From NCBI GenBank assembly GCA_964016885.1, contig OZ024742.1, positions 1,798,001 to 1,862,000 on the forward strand: 64,000 nucleotides of DNA. The letters are read 5' to 3'. Below are positions 1 through 20,200 of the stretch, piece by piece (positions within the stretch are counted from its first letter, which is position 1; each line of letters begins with the position of its first letter). Under the pieces are notes generated by a model. The model had not been told where the DNA came from, did no database searches, and saw nothing but the letters and a program-made list of their open reading frames with translations. The position numbers and the translations under genes are program-made. Source of the stretch: Eledone cirrhosa. Its lineage: Eukaryota.

Positions 1-2
1 CT

Positions 3-152
3 CGTAAAGCAAGTGACATGCGCTCCTACTCCCAACCTAACTACCCAATTCATATAATTGCTAATTCTGGCTACAGAAGAATGCGTAATTCTGGTCTCGT
101 CCTCTCCCTCGAACGTTTAGACGATGTACAAGAAGATGAAATCATGGTCTGA
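3..152 (+). CDS. Possible 3' end of a terminal coding exon of an unidentified gene (RKASDMRSYSQPNYPIHIIANSGYRRMRNSGLVLSLERLDDVQEDEIMV*)
   Basis: Frame is open from the window edge to TGA at 150-152. Complex, protein-like composition with a hydrophobic C-terminal -EIMV, followed by UTR-like low-complexity sequence. No homology recognised. Confidence 0.3.
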   Translation, partial: RKASDMRSYSQPNYPIHIIANSGYRRMRNSGLVLSLERLDDVQEDEIMV

Positions 153-1363
153 GAAAAGCCTCTCACCCCTTCCTTGACCAAATTGACAAAATACCCACAT
201 ACCTGCCTAGCTATTTATCCCTTGCTAACTTGCACCAGTGTCTTGCAAGCTGTGGATTTTACAAGATATGAGGACTACAAGAAGAAGAAGAAGAAGAAGA
301 TGAAGCTCAACAACAACCACAACAGCAGCAAAAATAATAACGATGATAATGATTATAATAATGTGCCTCTATGGAACTTGATGTGTATACACACATATAT
401 ACACACACACATATACACTCATCCTTGTGCATATGTAGTTATGTATTGAGATTGTTGATGTGTGTTAGGGTTGGTTTTTAAAGAAATCAGATCAAAAGAA
501 GGATTGTGAGAGAGAGAGAGAATGCATCACTGAAGATGATCCAAGCAATAGACTGACTGAAATGTTGGGTATTATGGTGAAGAACTACTGCGTGTGAAGT
601 ATTTATTGTATGCAGAATTTTCTGGTCATTCTCGCAATCTTATTGAAAACCTGTGATGATTCGGCTGAGGGAAGCCATTTTCACTAATGCTACTGAAAGT
701 TCTTAGAACTTTCTTCATTTTTTTTACTCTCTCTCTCTATTGTGTATACATACTCATTACATTACACAGAGTGTAAGACACTGACACACACGTGCATGTG
801 TACTCAACAACTCTCTCATGCACACACACACATACATGCTTATGTACAAACATGCAGGCATGCACACACACACGCATTCATGCTTGTGTACAGACATGCA
901 CACATACATACACACATTCAGGCTTATGTTACCAGCATGCAGGCATGCACACTCACACAAACACACACGTTCATGTAGAGATATACAGGCAGACATGTAC
1001 AGGTGTATATAGCGGCACACTGACATATATACACACCTGAGTATACCTGAGGTGAAAGAGAAGCTCAAACCTGGTCATACGTTGGTCACCTTTTCAAGTT
1101 GTTATAAGAATCATGTTTTTACTAAAACCTCTTCCCCCCTCCCCTGGGGAGAAGAACCTGACAAATGAAAGAAAGAAAGGAAAGAGTTTGTAAATGGACG
1201 TTACAGTTGTTTAAACTTTCATTGACATAAATTACAGATTTAGGGAGTCTCAGGTACGGTGTAAGGTGTAGGTTGCACCTGCAACTCTCTACATTGACTC
1301 CCTCATCCTTCTCCTCTTTTCATAATAATAATCTACCACCACCACTACTAAATTTTCCTTTCT

Positions 1364-7282
<5,919 letters not shown>

Positions 7283-7453
7283 GCAAATAAAGCCCCTGAA
7301 ATTGACTAATTAGACTTCTGTTTAATTACTGTAATAATCGGAGGTGACCTCTTCCCCGAGGCTGATCACATTTTCCCATCTTTGATAATATCAACAACGA
7401 CAACAACACTATTAAGGTTCATTTCTAAACCATTTTCAGTGAAATCCTGTCAG

Positions 7454-7756
7454 ACCAATCAACCAATTAGTTAGTCAACCAATCAACCAATTAGTTAGTC
7501 AACCAATCAACCAATTAGTTAGTCAACCAATCAACCCAATTAGTTAGTCAACCAATCAACCAATTAGTTAGTCAACCAATCAACCAATTAGTTAGTCAAC
7601 CAATCAACCAATTAGTTAGTCAACCAATCAACCAATTAGTTAGTCAACCAATCAACCAATTAGTTAGTCAACCAATCACCCAATTAGTTAGTCAACCAAT
7701 CACCCAATTAGTCAGTCAACCAACCAACCAATTAGTTAATCAACCAATCAACCAAC
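7454..7756. repeat. 24-bp tandem repeat ACCAATCAACCAATTAGTTAGTCA (~12 copies)
   Basis: Direct tandem copies visible. Confidence 0.95.
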
Positions 7757-7860
7757 AAATTAGTCAATCAAATAATTAATTAAAGAAAAGTGGAAAAACC
7801 CCTTAAAACATTTCAGATTATTTTCCAGTGAATCAGTTCATCTCATTCCAGCTCCAATAT

Positions 7861-7861
7861 C

Positions 7862-7922
<61 letters not shown>

Positions 7923-7958
7923 ACTACCCTACTACTACTACTACCACTTACTAACTTA

Positions 7959-7989
<31 letters not shown>

Positions 7990-8171
7990 CACTTACTACC
8001 ACTTACTACTACTACCACTACTACCACTATTACTACTACTACTCCTACTACTACTACCACCACCACTGCCACTACTACTACTACTACTACTACCACTTAC
8101 TACTACTACTACCACCACTTACTACTACTACCACTATTACTAATACTACTCCTACTACTACTACTACCACC

Positions 8172-8203
<32 letters not shown>

Positions 8204-8294
8204 CACGACTACTACTACCACTACTACCACTATTACTACTACTACTACTACTCTACTACTACTCTACTACTGCTACTACTACTACCACTACTGG

Positions 8295-8325
<31 letters not shown>

Positions 8326-8500
8326 ACTACCACCACTACCACCACCACTACTACTACTACCACTACCACCACTATCACCACCACTATCACCACCACTACC
8401 ACCACCACTACCACCACCACCATCACCACCACCACCACCACCACTACTACTACCAATACCACTACCACTACTTCCACAACACTACCCCACCACCATCACC
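7861..8500. repeat. (CTA)/(CCA) trinucleotide microsatellite
   Basis: ACTACTACT and ACCACCACC runs. The poly-Y/T/L/V ORFs are artefacts. Confidence 0.95.
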
Positions 8501-8627
8501 ACATTCTCCTTCCTTGGAACCAAGGTAGACTATGACAGACAACTTGGGTTAGTCTTCAGGTCTTGAAGAGAATCTTGATGGTAATCAAAACTGGTTTTAA
8601 AAAAATGCAGATTCTATCTGGAGTATT

Positions 8628-10090
8628 GTGGAGAAATGGTGGCAGTGTGATTAGGGGAGGTGGAGAAATGGTGGCAGTGTGATTAGGGAAGGTGGAGAAA
8701 TGGTGGCAGTGTGATTAGGGGAGGTGGAGAAATGGTGGCAGTGTGATTAGGGAAGGTGGAGAAATGGTGGCAGTGTGATTAGGGGAGGTGGAGAAATGGT
8801 GGCAGTGTGATTAGGGGAGGTGGAGAAATGGTGGCAGTGTGATTAGGGGAGGTGGAGAAATGGTGGCAGTGTGATTAGGGAAGGTGGAGAAATGGTGGCA
8901 GTGTGATTAGGGGAGGTGGAGAAATGGTGGCAGTGTGATTAGGGAAGGTGGAGAAATGGTGGCAGTGTGATTAGGGGAGGTGGAGAAATGGTGGCAGTGT
9001 GATTAGGGGAGGTGGAGAAATGGTGGCAGTGTGATTAGGGGAGGTGGAGAAATGGTGGCAGTGTGATTAGGGGAGGTGGAGAAATGGTGGCAGTGTGATT
9101 AGGGGAGGTGGAGAAATGGTGGCAGTGTGATTAGGGGAGGTGGAGAAATGGTGGCAGTGTGATTAGGGGAGGTGGAGAAATGGTGGCAGTGTGATTAGGG
9201 GAGGTGGAGAAATGGTGGCAGTGTGATTAGGGGAGGTGGAGAAATGGTGGCAGTGTGATTAGGGGAGGTGGAGAAATGGTGGCAGTGTGATTAGGGGAGG
9301 TGGAGTAATGGTGGCAGTGTGATTAGGGGAGGTGGAGAAATGGTGGCAGTGTGATTAGGGGAGGTGGAGAAATGGTGGCAGTGTGATTAGGGGAGGTGGA
9401 GAAATGGTGGCAGTGTGATTAGGGGAGGTGGAGTAATGGTGGCAGTGTGATTAGGGGAGGTGGAGAAATGGTGGCAGTGTGATTAGGGGAGGTGGAGAAA
9501 TGGTGGCAGTGTGATTAGGGGAGGTGGAGAAATGGTGGCAGTTGGTGATTAGGGGAGGTGGAGAAATGGTGGCAGTGTGATTAGGGGAGGTGGAGAAATG
9601 GTGGCAGTGTGATTAGGGGAGGTGGAGAAATGGTGGCAGTGTGATTAGGGAGGTGGAGAAATGGTGGCAGTGTGATTAGGGGAGGTGGAGAAATGGTGGC
9701 AGTGTGATTAGGGAAGGTGGAGAAATGGTGGCAGTGTGATTAGGGGAGGTGGAGAAATGGTGGCAGTGTGATTAGGGGAGGTGGAGAAATGGTGGCAGTG
9801 TGATTAGGGGAGACAAGGTGGAGAAATGGTGGCAGTGTGATTAGGAGAGACAAGGTGGAGAAATGGTGGCAGTGTGATTAGGGGAGGTGGAGAAATGGTG
9901 GCAGTGTGATTAGGGGAGACAAGGTGGAGAAATGGTGGCAGTGTGATTAGGGGAGGTGGAGAAATGGTGGCAGTGTGATTAGGGGAGACAAGGTGGAGAA
10001 ATGGTGGCAGTGTAATTAGGGGAGGTGGAGAAATAGTGGCAGTGTAATTAGGTGAGACAAGGTGGAGAAATGGTGGCAGTGTAATTAGGT
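8628..10090. repeat. 32-bp G-rich minisatellite GTGGAGAAATGGTGGCAGTGTGATTAGGGGAG (~45 copies)
   Basis: Period 32 (8628, 8660, ...). Each unit contains TTAGGG. Confidence 0.97.
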
Positions 10091-10329
10091 TGTTTTATTC
10101 ATCATATACTATGTGTGTGTGTGTGTGTCATACACACACACATGTATATATATATATATATATTCACACACATATATAATGTATGAGATAAGGAAATTTC
10201 ATTTTAAAATGTTTTTATTCCATATCGAATGTTACATACGTTTCACAGGTGATTGGCTCAAGGTCGTAATCAATATGGTAAAACTGACTCCAGTATCAAT
10301 CTTTTATCAGCTTTAAATCAAAACATTTC

Positions 10330-12820
10330 CACACACACACACATATGTCACTAACCTCACCAACCAGCAGGGACCCCTTATAACACACATATGTCACTAA
10401 CCTCACCAACCAGCGGGGACCCCTTATAACACACATGTCATTAACCTCACGAACCAGCGGGGACCCCTTATAACACGCATATGTCATTAACCTCACCAAC
10501 CAGCAGGGACCCCTTATAACACACATATGTCATTAACCTCACCAACCAGCGGGGACCCCTTATAACACGCATATGTCATTAACCTCACCAACCAGCAGAG
10601 ACCCCTTATAACACACACATGTCATTAACTTCACCAACCAGCGGGGACCCCTTATAACACACATGTCATTAACCTCACCAACCAGCGGGGACCCCTTATA
10701 ACACACGTGTCATTAACCTCACCAACCAGCGGGGACCCCTTATAACACACATATGTCATTAACCTCACCAACCAGCGGGGACCCCTTATAACACACGTCA
10801 TTAACCTCACCAACCAGCGGGGACCCCTTATAACACACGTCATTAACCTCACCAACCAGCGGGGACCCCTTATAACACACATATGTCATTAACCTCACCA
10901 ACCAGCGGGGACCCCTTATAACACACATATGTCATTAACCTCACCAACCAGCGGGGACCCCTTATAACACACGTCATTAACCTCACCAACCAGCGGGGAC
11001 CCCTTATAACACACGTCATTAACCTCACCAACCAGCGGGGACCCCTTATAACACACGTCATTAACCTCACCAACCAGCGGGGACCCCTTATAACACACAT
11101 ATGTCATTAACCTCACCAACCAGCGGGGACCCCTTATAACACACATATGTCATTAACCTCACCAACCAGCAGAGACCCCTTATAACACACATGTCATTAA
11201 CCTCACCAACCAGCAGGGACCCCTTATAACACACATATGTCATTAACCTCACCAACCAGCGGGGACCCCTTATAACACACATATGTCATTAACCTCACCA
11301 ACCAGCGGGGACCCCTTATAACACACACATGTCATTAACCTCACCAACCAGCGGGGACCCCTTATAACACACACGTCATTAACCTCACCAACCAGCGGGG
11401 ACCCCTTATAACACACATATGTCACTAACCTCACCAACCAGCGGGGACCCCTTATAACACACATATGTCATTAACCTCACCAACCAGCGGGGACCCCTTA
11501 TAACACACATGTCATTAACCTCACCAACCAGCAGAGACCCCTTATAACACACATGTCATTAACCTCACCAACCAGCGGGGACCCCTTATAACACACACAT
11601 GTCATTAACCTCACCAACCAGCGGGGACCCCTTATAACACACATATGTCATTAACCTCACCAACCAGCGGGGACCCCTTATAACACACGTCATTAACCTC
11701 ACCAACCAGCGGGGACCCCTTATAACACACGTCATTAACCTCACCAACCAGCGGGGACCCCTTATAACACACACATGTCATTAACCTCACCAACCAGCGG
11801 GGACCCCTTATAACACACATGTGTCATTAACCTCACCAACCAGCGGGGACCCCTTATAACACACATATGTCATTAACCTCACCAACCAGCGGGGACCCCT
11901 TATAACACACACTTGTCATTAACCTCACCAACCAGCGGGGACCCCTTATAACACACGTCATTAACCTCACCAACCAGCGGGGACCCCTTATAACACACAT
12001 GTCATTAACCTCACCAACCAGCAGAGACCCCCTTATAACACACATATTTCATTAACCTCACCAACCAGCGGGGACCCCTTATAACACACATATGTCATTA
12101 ACCTCACCAACCAGCGGGGACCCCCTTATAACACACATATGTCATTAACCTCACCAACCAGCGGGGACCCCTTATAACACACATATGTCATTAACCTCAC
12201 CAACCAGCAGAGACCCCTTATAACACACATGTCATTAACCTCACCAACCAGCAGGGACCCCTTATAACACACATATGTCATTAACCTCACCAACCAGCGG
12301 GGACCCCTTATAACACACATATGTCATTAACCTCACCAACCAGCGGGGACCCCTTATAACACACGTCATTAACCTCACCAACCAGCGGGGACCCCTTATA
12401 ACACACACTTGTCATTAACCTCACCAACCAGCAGAGACCCCTTATAACACACATGTCATTAACCTCACCAACCAGCAGAGACCCCTTATAACACACGTCA
12501 TTAACCTCACCAACCAGCGGGGACCCCTTATAACACACACATGTCATTAACCTCACCAACCAGCGGGGACCCCTTATAACACACACTTGTCATTAACCTC
12601 ACCAACCAGCGGGGACCCCTTATAACACACGTCATTAACCTCACCAACCAGCAGGGACCCCTTATAACACACATATGTCATTAACCTCACCAACCAGCGG
12701 GGACCCCTTATAACACACATATGTCATTAACCTCACCAACCAGCGGGGACCCCTTATAACACACATATGTCATTAACCTCACCAACCAGCGGGGACCCCT
12801 TATGACACACATATGTCACT
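10330..12820. repeat. 42-46-bp minisatellite TGTCATTAACCTCACCAACCAGCGGGGACCCCTTATAACACAC(ATA)
   Basis: Direct tandem copies. Length variation is confined to the CA-rich part. Confidence 0.97.
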
Positions 12821-12904
12821 TATCTAAAAGTGTCTGAAGGAGTTAGATGGGTTCATGTCAATAAAACTACTGGGAAAGTGGAACTGTTGATATAAATAGA
12901 TGGG

Positions 12905-13144
12905 AGTGTGGAGAGAGAGAGAGAGAGAGTGTGTGTTGTGTGGAGAGAGAGAGAGAGAGTGTGTTGTGTGGAGAGAGAGAGAGAGTGTGTTGTGTGGAGA
13001 GAGAGAGAGAGAGTGTGTTGTGTGGAGAGAGAGAGAGAGAGAGTGTGTTGTGTGGAGAGAGAGAGAGAGAGTGTGTTGTGTGGAGAGAGAGAGAGTGTGT
13101 TGTGTGGAGAGAGAGAGTGTTGTGTGGAGAGAGAGAGAGAGAGA
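12905..13144. repeat. Compound repeat GTGTGTTGTGTG(GA)n
   Basis: Direct tandem copies. Confidence 0.9.
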
Positions 13145-13331
13145 TGCCCATTTTATAAAAATATATGAATATAGTAGAATATTGGGCTGTTCCTCTTCTG
13201 ACAAGGTCTGGAAATATCTGGAAAAGCTCAAATGTTTCCATGAAGATCAAGTAATTTAATAAGTATTAAAATTCACCAACTGTTCTGCTAACTTTGGACT
13301 ACCGTAATAGAATGGGGGTCTGTGAAGGTAT

Positions 13332-13440
13332 ATGGCCTATTGGTTAGGGTGTTGGACTCACAATCACCAGTTTGGTTCCTGGACTGGGCTGTATGTTGTG
13401 TCCTTGAACAAGACACTTTATTCTGCCTTGCTCCAGTCCA
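13332..13440 (+). mobile_element. Degenerate tRNA-derived SINE head with CORE-like segment
   Basis: A-box-like TGGCCTATTGGTTAG, then TTGTGTCCTTGAACAAGACACTTTATT, which is shared with the copy near 16767 and resembles the CORE-SINE central motif. Confidence 0.5.
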
Positions 13441-14268
13441 CTGCCGGATTTAGACCTTGGGGTACCCACGGCACTGCAGGTTTGGGAGGCACAATTACAC
13501 AAAAAATGAGAATATACACTACACCCCCAATTTTACATATCAAAGTTGGCTGCTGCAAGTAATTGAACTAGAAAAGTTATATATACAGGTATTAAATTAA
13601 AAAGCTAATAATCCTTATTTTATATCAACTTTCCACACTGACATGTATTGGACAGGTTGTCACAGGCTGAGACCAGACATGTGGGAGCGACCTCATCTTG
13701 CTCATACATTATATATTTGGTATAGTTTCTATGGCTGGATGTCCTTCCTAACATAACCACTTTACTGTTTAGTGGGTGCATTGTTTTTTGTGATACCAAC
13801 ACAACCATTTTACATAGCAACATCAAATATATTTTATTAACAAGTGTGTCTAGGCTTGTACCACAGAGAGGCAAATCCCTGGTCAGCCTGTCATAGGTAC
13901 AATGTCCATGGCCAGTTATGACCAAAAACAGCCTGCCCAGGCTTGTACCACAGTTAGGCAAATCCCTGGTCAGCCTGTCATGACCGAAGGAGGTTCATTC
14001 TTTTTAATAAGAGATTTTGGAGTTGTCTGCTAGGGTAGGTAAAGAGGGTATTGTCTGACAACAAGGAGACTATTTTCTATATAATTATATTCTAAGTTAC
14101 AAAAAACTAGTGACCAAGTTAACATGATGTGGCTGTCATGACAAACCAAGTACCAGTGACAAGGAGTTTAAATATATTTGAAGTGACATATATTTCTCCT
14201 ATACTCTGTATATCTGGTTTAGAGTAGACACACCATATCCAAGTGTATCGTAAAATTTGACTAAAAGT

Positions 14269-14312
<44 letters not shown>

Positions 14313-14371
14313 GAGTATAAAAGTTTTAATATAGAAGAGCTTTTAAAATCATCAGGGAGATATATACATAC

Positions 14372-14419
<48 letters not shown>

Positions 14420-14509
14420 CATTGTTTTAACATCCGCCATCCCTACTAGCAAGGGTTGAGATATATATATATATATATAATATGTAAGTATTTGTATAAA
14501 TGTCAGTGG

Positions 14510-14770
14510 ATGGAAGCTGAGCAGTAGAGGAAGACTGAGAAAGACCTGGGCAGAGGTGGTGGGAGCTGAGCTTGGTAGAGGTAGACCAAGGAAGACCTGG
14601 ACAGAGGTGGTGGGAGCTGAGCTCAGTAGATGTAGACCAAGGAAGACCTGGACAGAGGTGGTGGGAGCTGACTTCCAATCACGCACAGAGATGACAAAGA
14701 AATGTTGTGCTGAAAAAGACCTGTCCAACCCATGCAAGTGGGGAAAAATAGACATAAAAACGATGATGAA
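14510..14770 (+). mobile_element. RTE LINE 3' tip with the RGRPRKTW segment tandemly triplicated
   Basis: Three ~60-bp copies encoding (R)GRPRKTWTEVV, the same motif as the end of the RTE ORF near 37335. Followed by the tail CCAACCCATGCAAG...AAACGATGATGA. Confidence 0.7.
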
Positions 14771-14794
14771 GGACCAATATATATGTAATGATCT

Positions 14795-15526
14795 TTCCAC
14801 CGTGACTTCTCCACTAAGACATTGACTGACCTTCCCACTGTGACCTCTACACTAAGACATTGACTGACCTCTCCACTAAGACATTGACTGTCCTTTTCAC
14901 TGTGACCTCTCCACTAAGACATTGACTGTCCTTCCTACTGACCTTTCCACTAAGACATTGACTGACCTTCCCACTGTGACCTCTCCACTAAGACATTGAC
15001 TGTCCTTCCCACTGTGACCTCTCCACTAAGACATTGACTGACCTTCCCACTGTGACCTCTCCACTAAGACATTGACTGTCCTTTTCACTGTGACCTCTCC
15101 ACTAAGACATTGACTGTCCTTTCCACTGTGACCTTTCCACTAAGACATTGACTGACCTTCCCACTGTGACCTCTCCACTAAGACATTGACTGACCTTCCC
15201 ACTGTGACCTCTCCACTAAGACATTGACTGACCTTCCCACTGTGACCTCTCCACTAAGACATTGACTGTCCTTGCCACTGTGACCTTTCCACTAAGACAT
15301 TGACTGACCTTCCCACTGTGACCTCTCCACTAAGACATTGACTGTCCTTTTCACTGTGACCTCTCCACTAAGACATTGACTGTCCTTCCCACTGTGACCT
15401 TTCCACTAAGACATTGACTGACCTTCCCACTGTGACCTCTCCACTAAGACATTGACTGTCCTTTCCACTGTGACTTCTCCACTCAGACATTGACTGATCT
15501 TTCAACTGTGACCTCTCCACTAAGAC
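14795..15526. repeat. 38-bp minisatellite CTCTCCACTAAGACATTGACTGACCTTCCCACTGTGAC
   Basis: Period 38 (15021, 15059). Confidence 0.95.
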
Positions 15527-16129
15527 CAGTAGTCTATGACAGACAATATGTGGTACTCTCTGAAAGATAACCTTTAGTTTGTTTTATCAACACTAAATTC
15601 ATGGTTAAGAGTTGAACAGCAGGAGGACTAGCTTGTGATATTTGTATGTGGGAGTCTCTCTCTCTTCCACCCTGGGTCACATTTTCAAAACTACAACTGA
15701 AAAAAGGGTAAGGCGCATATATGTATATATAACATTCATACAAACATACATATTGCAAAGATGACCATCACATACCAACCACATTACTGTTAAAAAATGG
15801 GGAACACATCACACACATTGCAAAGGTGACCACACACACACACATATTGCAAAGATGACCACACACACACACATTCTGAAGGTGACCATCACACTAAAAA
15901 AATGTTCTGTTGGTTTTTTTTTTTCTCTACTCAGTCAAAAATAAATCTACATTTCAACTTGACATTATTTCTGAAATTCCATCAGTTTTCTCAAATCTTT
16001 TGTCATTTAATTCAACTAAAAGACATTTCAATATTTCTTGGATGCTCCGAATTCTTTATAAAATATAAAACATCATAGCATCCTGTTTTCTCCATATTTT
16101 CAGCGATCCATTATAAGATCCCAAAACAG

Positions 16130-16238
16130 ATCCCGCCAAGGTTAACTTTGCCTTTCATCCTTACGGGGTCAATAAAATAAAGTACCAGTAATGTACTGGA
16201 TAATTGCTGGCCTTGTGCCTAAAGTAGAAACAATTATT
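16130..16238 (+). mobile_element. 5'-truncated copy of SINE family S1
   Basis: GTTAACTTTGCCTTTCATCCTTACGGGGTC...GGCCTTGTGCCTAAAGTAGAAACAATTATT matches the full copies at 23266 and 41148. Confidence 0.8.
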
Positions 16239-16699
16239 GTTTTTCAAAGGGCCTCTAAACCTGGATGAGAATGTCACCTGATTTCTGATTAGCCATTATT
16301 AAATCTCTTAAACTGGACATTTTTTGTTTTGGTGGGATTTCACTGGCCCTTAGAAATGACCCCTCTCCCTCCCCAACTTCAAAACCTTTTTTTTTTTTTT
16401 TCATTTCAATCGAAATTTAAATTATTTTATCAACTTATTTCCTTTCATATTCTCCTCAGAAAATCATTCCACTCATTGCAATGTTGAATAAACTTTCAGT
16501 TTATCATTTTCTGATTCTTCCAAATTTCTTCTTTGTTCATTAAATATATGTTTATATCTATCATCTGTCTGTCTATCTATCTTCTTTTTCTCTCTCACTC
16601 TCTCTGATATATATATATATATATCCCCCCCCCCCCTCTCTCTCTCTAATATATGTCTGTCTGTCTATCTATCCCTCTCTATATATATCTGTCTGTCTG

Positions 16700-17037
16700 A
16701 ATTGGTGGTTAGTGTTGGGCTTACCACAATTAGCAGTTGTGTATTTTCCTGGACAGGGTGATGTGTTGTGTCCTTGAGCAAGACACTTTATTTCACATAG
16801 CTCAATTTTACTCAACTGTAGAAATGAGATGTGACATCACTGATACCAAACTGTATCAGTCTTTGCCACCCCCTTGGACAACATCAGTGGTATGGAGAGG
16901 TAAGACCTTGCACAGTATTATGCAAACCCATGATCAGCCATGCCTGAAGCAAGCCTTATATCATTATTATATCCATATGGGTATACCCATCCTACCCATG
17001 CTAGCGTGGAAGATGGACGTTAAGCGATGATGATGAT
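16700..17037 (+). mobile_element. SINE with CORE-like body and RTE-derived 3' tail
   Basis: TTGTGTCCTTGAGCAAGACACTTTATTTCACA in the body. The tail ACCCATGCTAGCGTGGAAGATGGACGTTAAGCGATGATGATGAT matches the RTE 3' end at ~37785-37841. Confidence 0.65.
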
Positions 17038-17210
17038 TATATCACTCTCTCTCTATATATATATCTTTTATATATAAAATCTGTATCTCTTTAAAATTTA
17101 CACACGGACACAGACATATATTCACACACACACACTGTGTTTCCTATCTCTGTGATATTACAATAAGTTCAGTCATGAGTGATACAATGAAAATATACAC
17201 AGATAATAAA

Positions 17211-20200
17211 TAGTATATCTAGTGTATTATATAGTATATCTAGTGTATAATATATAATGTATCTCGTGTATAATATATAATGTATCTAGTGTATAACATA
17301 TAGTATATCTAGTGTATAATATATAGTATATCTAGTGTATAATATATAGTATATCTAGTGTATAATATATAGTGTATCTGGTGTATAATATATAGTGTAT
17401 AACATATAGTATATCTAGTGTATAATATATAGTATATCTAGTGTATAATATATAGTGTATAACATATAGTATATCTAGTGTATAATATATAGTATATCTA
17501 GTGTATAATATATAGTATATCTAGTGTATAATATATAGTGTATCTGGTGTATAATATATAGTGTATAACATATAGTATATCTAGTGTATAATATATAATG
17601 TATCTCGTGTATAATATATAATGTATCTAGTGTATAACATATAGTATATCTAGTGTATAATATATAGTATATCTAGTGTATAATATATAGTGTATAACAT
17701 ATAGTATATCTAGTGTATAATATATAGTGTATCTGGTGTATAATATATAGTGTATCAGGTGTATAATATATAGTGTATCTGGTGTATAATATATAGTATA
17801 TCTGGTTTATAATATATAGTATATCTAGTTTATAATATATAGTATATCTAGTTTATAATATATAGTATATCTAGTGTATAATATATAGTATATCTAATGT
17901 ATAATATATAGTATATCTAGTGTATAATATATAGTATATCTAGTGTATAATATATAGTATATCTAATGTATAATATATAGTATATCTAGTGTATAATATA
18001 TAGTATATCTAGTGTATAATATATAGTATATCTAGTGTATAATATATAGTATATCTAGTGTATAATATATAGTATATCTAGTGTATAATATATAGTATAT
18101 CTAGTGTATAATATATAGTATATCTAGTGTATAATATATAGTATATCTAGTGTATAATATATAGTATATCTAGTGTATAATATATAGTATATCTAGTGTA
18201 TAATATATAGTATATCTAGTGTATAATATATAGTATATCTAGTGTATAATATATAGTATATCTAGTGTATAATATATAGTATATCTAGTGTATAATATAT
18301 AGTATATCTAGTGTATAATATATAGTGTATCTGGTGTATAATATATAGTATATAATATATAGTATCTCTAGTGTTTAATATATAGTATATAATATATAGT
18401 ATCTCTAGTGTTTAATATATAGTGTATCTAGTGTATAATATATAGTGTATCTGGTATATAATATATAGTGTATCTGGTATATAATATATAGTGTATCTGG
18501 TATATAATATATAGTGTATCTGGTATATAATATATAGTGTATCTGGTATATAATATATAGTGTATCTGGTATATAATATATAGTGTATCTGGTATATAAT
18601 ATATAGTGTATCTGGTATATAATATATAGTGTATCTGGTATATAATATATAGTGTATCTGGTATATAATATATAGTGTATCTGGTATATAATATATAGTA
18701 TATACTATACATTATATATTATACACTAGATACACTATATATTATACACTATATACACATTATATCATACACTAGCTATACTATATATTATATCTAGTGT
18801 ATAATATATAATGTATCTAGTGTATAACATATAGTATATCTAGTGTATAAAATATAGTATATCTAGTGTATAATATATAGTGTATCTAGTGTATAATATA
18901 TAGTGTATCTAGTGTATAATATGTAGTATATCTAGTGTATAATATATAATATATCTAGTGTATAATATATAGTATATCTTGTGTATAATATATAGTATCT
19001 CTAGTGTATAATATATAGTGCATCTAGTGTATAATATATAGTGCATCTAGTGTATAATATATAGTACATCTGGTGTATAATATATAGTACATCTGGTGTA
19101 TAATATATAGTATATCTAGTGTATAATATATAGTATTTCTTGTGTATAATATATAGTATATCTGGTGTATAATATATAGTATCTCTAGTGTATAATATAT
19201 AGTGCATCTAGTGTATAATATATAGTGCATCTAGTGTATAATATATAGTACATCTGGTGTATAATATATAGTACATCTGGTGTATAATATATAGTATATC
19301 TAGTGTATAATATATAGTATTTCTTGTGTATAATATATAGTATATCTGGTGTATAATATATAGTATCTCTAGTGTATAATATATAGTGCATCTAGTGTAT
19401 AATATATAGTACATCTGGTGTATAATATATAGTACATCTGGTGTATAATATATAGTATATCTAGTGTATAATATATAGTATATCTAGTGTATAATATATA
19501 GTATATCTAGTGTATAATATATAGTATATCTAGTGTATAATATATAGTGTATCTGGTGTATAATATATAGTGTATCTAGTGTATAACATATAGTGTATCT
19601 GGTGTATAATATATAGTGTATCTGGTGTATAATATATAGTATCTCTAGTGTATAATATATAGTATATCTGGTGTATAATATATAGTATATCTAGTGTATA
19701 ATATATAGTATATCTGGTGTATAATATATAGTGTATCTGGTGTATAATATATAGTGTATCTGGTGTATAATATATAGTATATAATATATAGTATCTCTAG
19801 TGTATAATATATAGTATATCTGGTGTATAATATATAGTGTATCAGGTGTATAATATATAGTGTATCAGGTGTATAATATATAGTATATCTGGTGTATAAT
19901 ATATAGTATATCTAGTGTATAATATATAGTATATCTAGTGTATAATATATAGTATATCTAGTGTATCATATATAGTGTATCTGGTGTATAATATATAGTG
20001 TATCTGGTGTATAATATATAGTATATCTAGTGTATAATATATAATATATCTAGTGTATAATATATAGTATATCTAGTGTATCATATATAGTGTATCTGGT
20101 GTATAATATATAGTGTATCAGGTGTATAATATATAGTATATCTAGTGTATAATATATAGTATATCTAGTGTATAATATATAGTATATCTAGTGTATAATA

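Noticed and set aside
7454-7756. Cluster of CCAAT boxes
   Set aside because: It arises from tandem repetition, with no nearby gene start to support a promoter call.
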